Source: Okamejei kenojei
Lineage: Eukaryota
DNA: 64,000 bases
NCBI GenBank assembly: GCA_035221665.1
Contig: CM069131.1
Location: 87,172,001-87,236,000, forward strand
Direction of reading: 5' to 3'
Made by a program: the position numbers and the translations under genes. Positions 62,368 to 64,000 of the stretch are shown here, in pieces. Below the pieces are notes generated by a model. The model was not told the origin of the DNA. It ran no database searches and saw only the letters and a program-made list of their open reading frames with translations. Position 1 is the stretch's first letter; each line of letters opens with the position of its first letter.

Positions 62368-62660
62368 TAGTTTAGTTTAGCGATGCAGTGCAGAAATAAG
62401 GCCCTTCCGCCCACTGCGTCTGTGCCAACCAGGGATCCCCGCACACTAACAATATCCGACACACAAAATTTACAATGTTATCAAGCTAATTAGCCTACAA
62501 ACCTGTACGTCTTTGGAGTGTGGGAGGAAACCAGAGAACCCAGAGAAAACTCACGCAGGTCACAGTGAGAACATACAAATTCCATACAGACAGCACCCAT
62601 AGTCAGGATCAAATCCGGGTTTCTGGTGCTGTAAGGCAGCAACTCTACTACTTGGCCCGT
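62368..62660 (-). mobile_element. tRNA-derived SINE
   Basis: (TTTAG)n tail; gtaaggcagcaactctac. Confidence 0.8.
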
Positions 62661-63026
62661 AATTATGCCAGATTTTATGCCCATCTTCGTGAATCTTCAA
62701 TCCAACCACATGATCTTCAGGGAAACTCCTAAACTAGACAATTTCAATAAAAATAAAATAAGCTTTGATTTCCAGGCATAATTTCTGAAAATCATTCTTC
62801 CTGCCAAGTCACATTCCCAAACAACATCTATATTTACACACTGAATATGAGTCAAGCTGAAACCTTGGTAATTGTGTGTTCTACAGTGTTATTTTAAATG
62901 AGGTCTGTCATGGACTTTGACAGTCCCCCCACATCCCTAAGTTTGCTCGCTGTGGAATTCATTACCACAGATAGATGTGGAAGCCAAGACAATGGATTTT
63001 TTAAAGTCAGAGATTGATAGTACAGG

Positions 63027-63267
63027 TGTGTGAGTGAATGTGTGAGTGTATGTGTGTGTGTGTATATGTGCGTCCGTGTGAGTGAGTGTATGTGTGTGAG
63101 TGTGTGAGTGTGTGCGTGAGTCTGTGAGTGTGTGAGTGTGTGCGTGAGTCTGTGAGTGTGTGAGTGTGAGTGTGTGTATATTGGAATTGGTGGACAGGTG
63201 GAATATTGTGTTGGAGGACTAGCCCTCCCGTGTGAAGCTGGGACCCAACGGGTCCCACTTAGTCTAG
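63027..63267 (+). mobile_element. Helitron 3' end with (GT/GTGA)n microsatellite
   Basis: GGGACCC-AAC-GGGTCCC hairpin, then CTAG|T. Confidence 0.8.
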
Positions 63268-63773
63268 TTATTATTATTTTTGAAACTGCTGAGGCAAGGG
63301 TGGCTAAATAAGGGTTCCTTGATATCATGCTGCAAGCTGGAGGTGGACCGATACATTTTTAGTTGCAGGTTTTACACAACCTTCCTGTATATCGCAGCAT
63401 CAGGTCAGTGATATTCAATGGCACTGCGACGACTCCTGACCAGAAATTAGCTCTAAGATTCCAGTAATTGTCTGTGTAACTGTTCAGTTGAACATCAATG
63501 AGTTTTATTTCATGACATGGATGACCAACCTGGTACAGTCCCTCGGCTGCAGAGCACAAGCGAGTTTGAAGTCCCTGAAGTGCCCCTTCATCAATTCCCC
63601 AGGTTGTGTCTGTGAGTTTGCAGGTCATGTTAATCCATGTTTTAGTTTATTTTCAGCCTTCCTCGTATGATCTTATAAGGTCAGTGAGCTGTCAAAAGTG
63701 TCACTCCAATCCATGAAGATGTTGGGACATGATGAGGTTACTCTCCATGAGATACAACATCAAGTCAATCGAT

Positions 63774-63898
63774 AATAGACAATAGACAATAGGTGCAGGA
63801 GTAGGCCATTCGACCCTTCGAGCCAGCATCGCCATTCAATGTGATCATGGCTGATCATCCCCAATCAGTACCCCATTCCTGCCAATAGACAATAGACA
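63774..63898 (-). mobile_element. CR1 3' end
   Basis: (AATAGAC)n tail and CR1 3'UTR. Confidence 0.85.
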
Positions 63899-64000
63899 GT
63901 ATGTAGTGCGAGGCAGTTTGAAAGGCGGATATTGCCAGAGTTAGTCAGAGCTCCTACTACCGGAAGCATTTAGCCGCAGTAAGCAAGTGTGAGTGCTCTC

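Overview
Repeat-rich vertebrate genomic DNA, most likely a cartilaginous fish (skate/ray-like, inferred only from the repeat repertoire). No intact host gene can be confidently called; every recognisable protein fragment is transposon-derived. The window holds three DIRS-type tyrosine-recombinase retroelements with readable ITR/ICR ends, a nearly intact Tc1 (DD34E) with IR/DR TIRs, an internally deleted Gypsy element with TSD, two related solo LTRs, many CR1 and Rex1/Babar-type LINE fragments, tRNA-derived SINEs, Penelope elements carrying hammerhead-ribozyme-like motifs, non-autonomous Helitrons, Harbinger and hAT MITEs, and a Tigger/pogo fossil. Most notable: (1) the ~143-bp segment between the DIRS ICR and right terminus occurs in two opposite orientations among copies (flip/flop); (2) two DIRS copies share a 59-nt GT-AG intron-like segment in the 5' leader; (3) about 14 hammerhead-like cores occur, several in head-to-head mini-Penelope palindromes. 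Boundaries without a TSD/TIR anchor are approximate; family names come from recall, not a database search.
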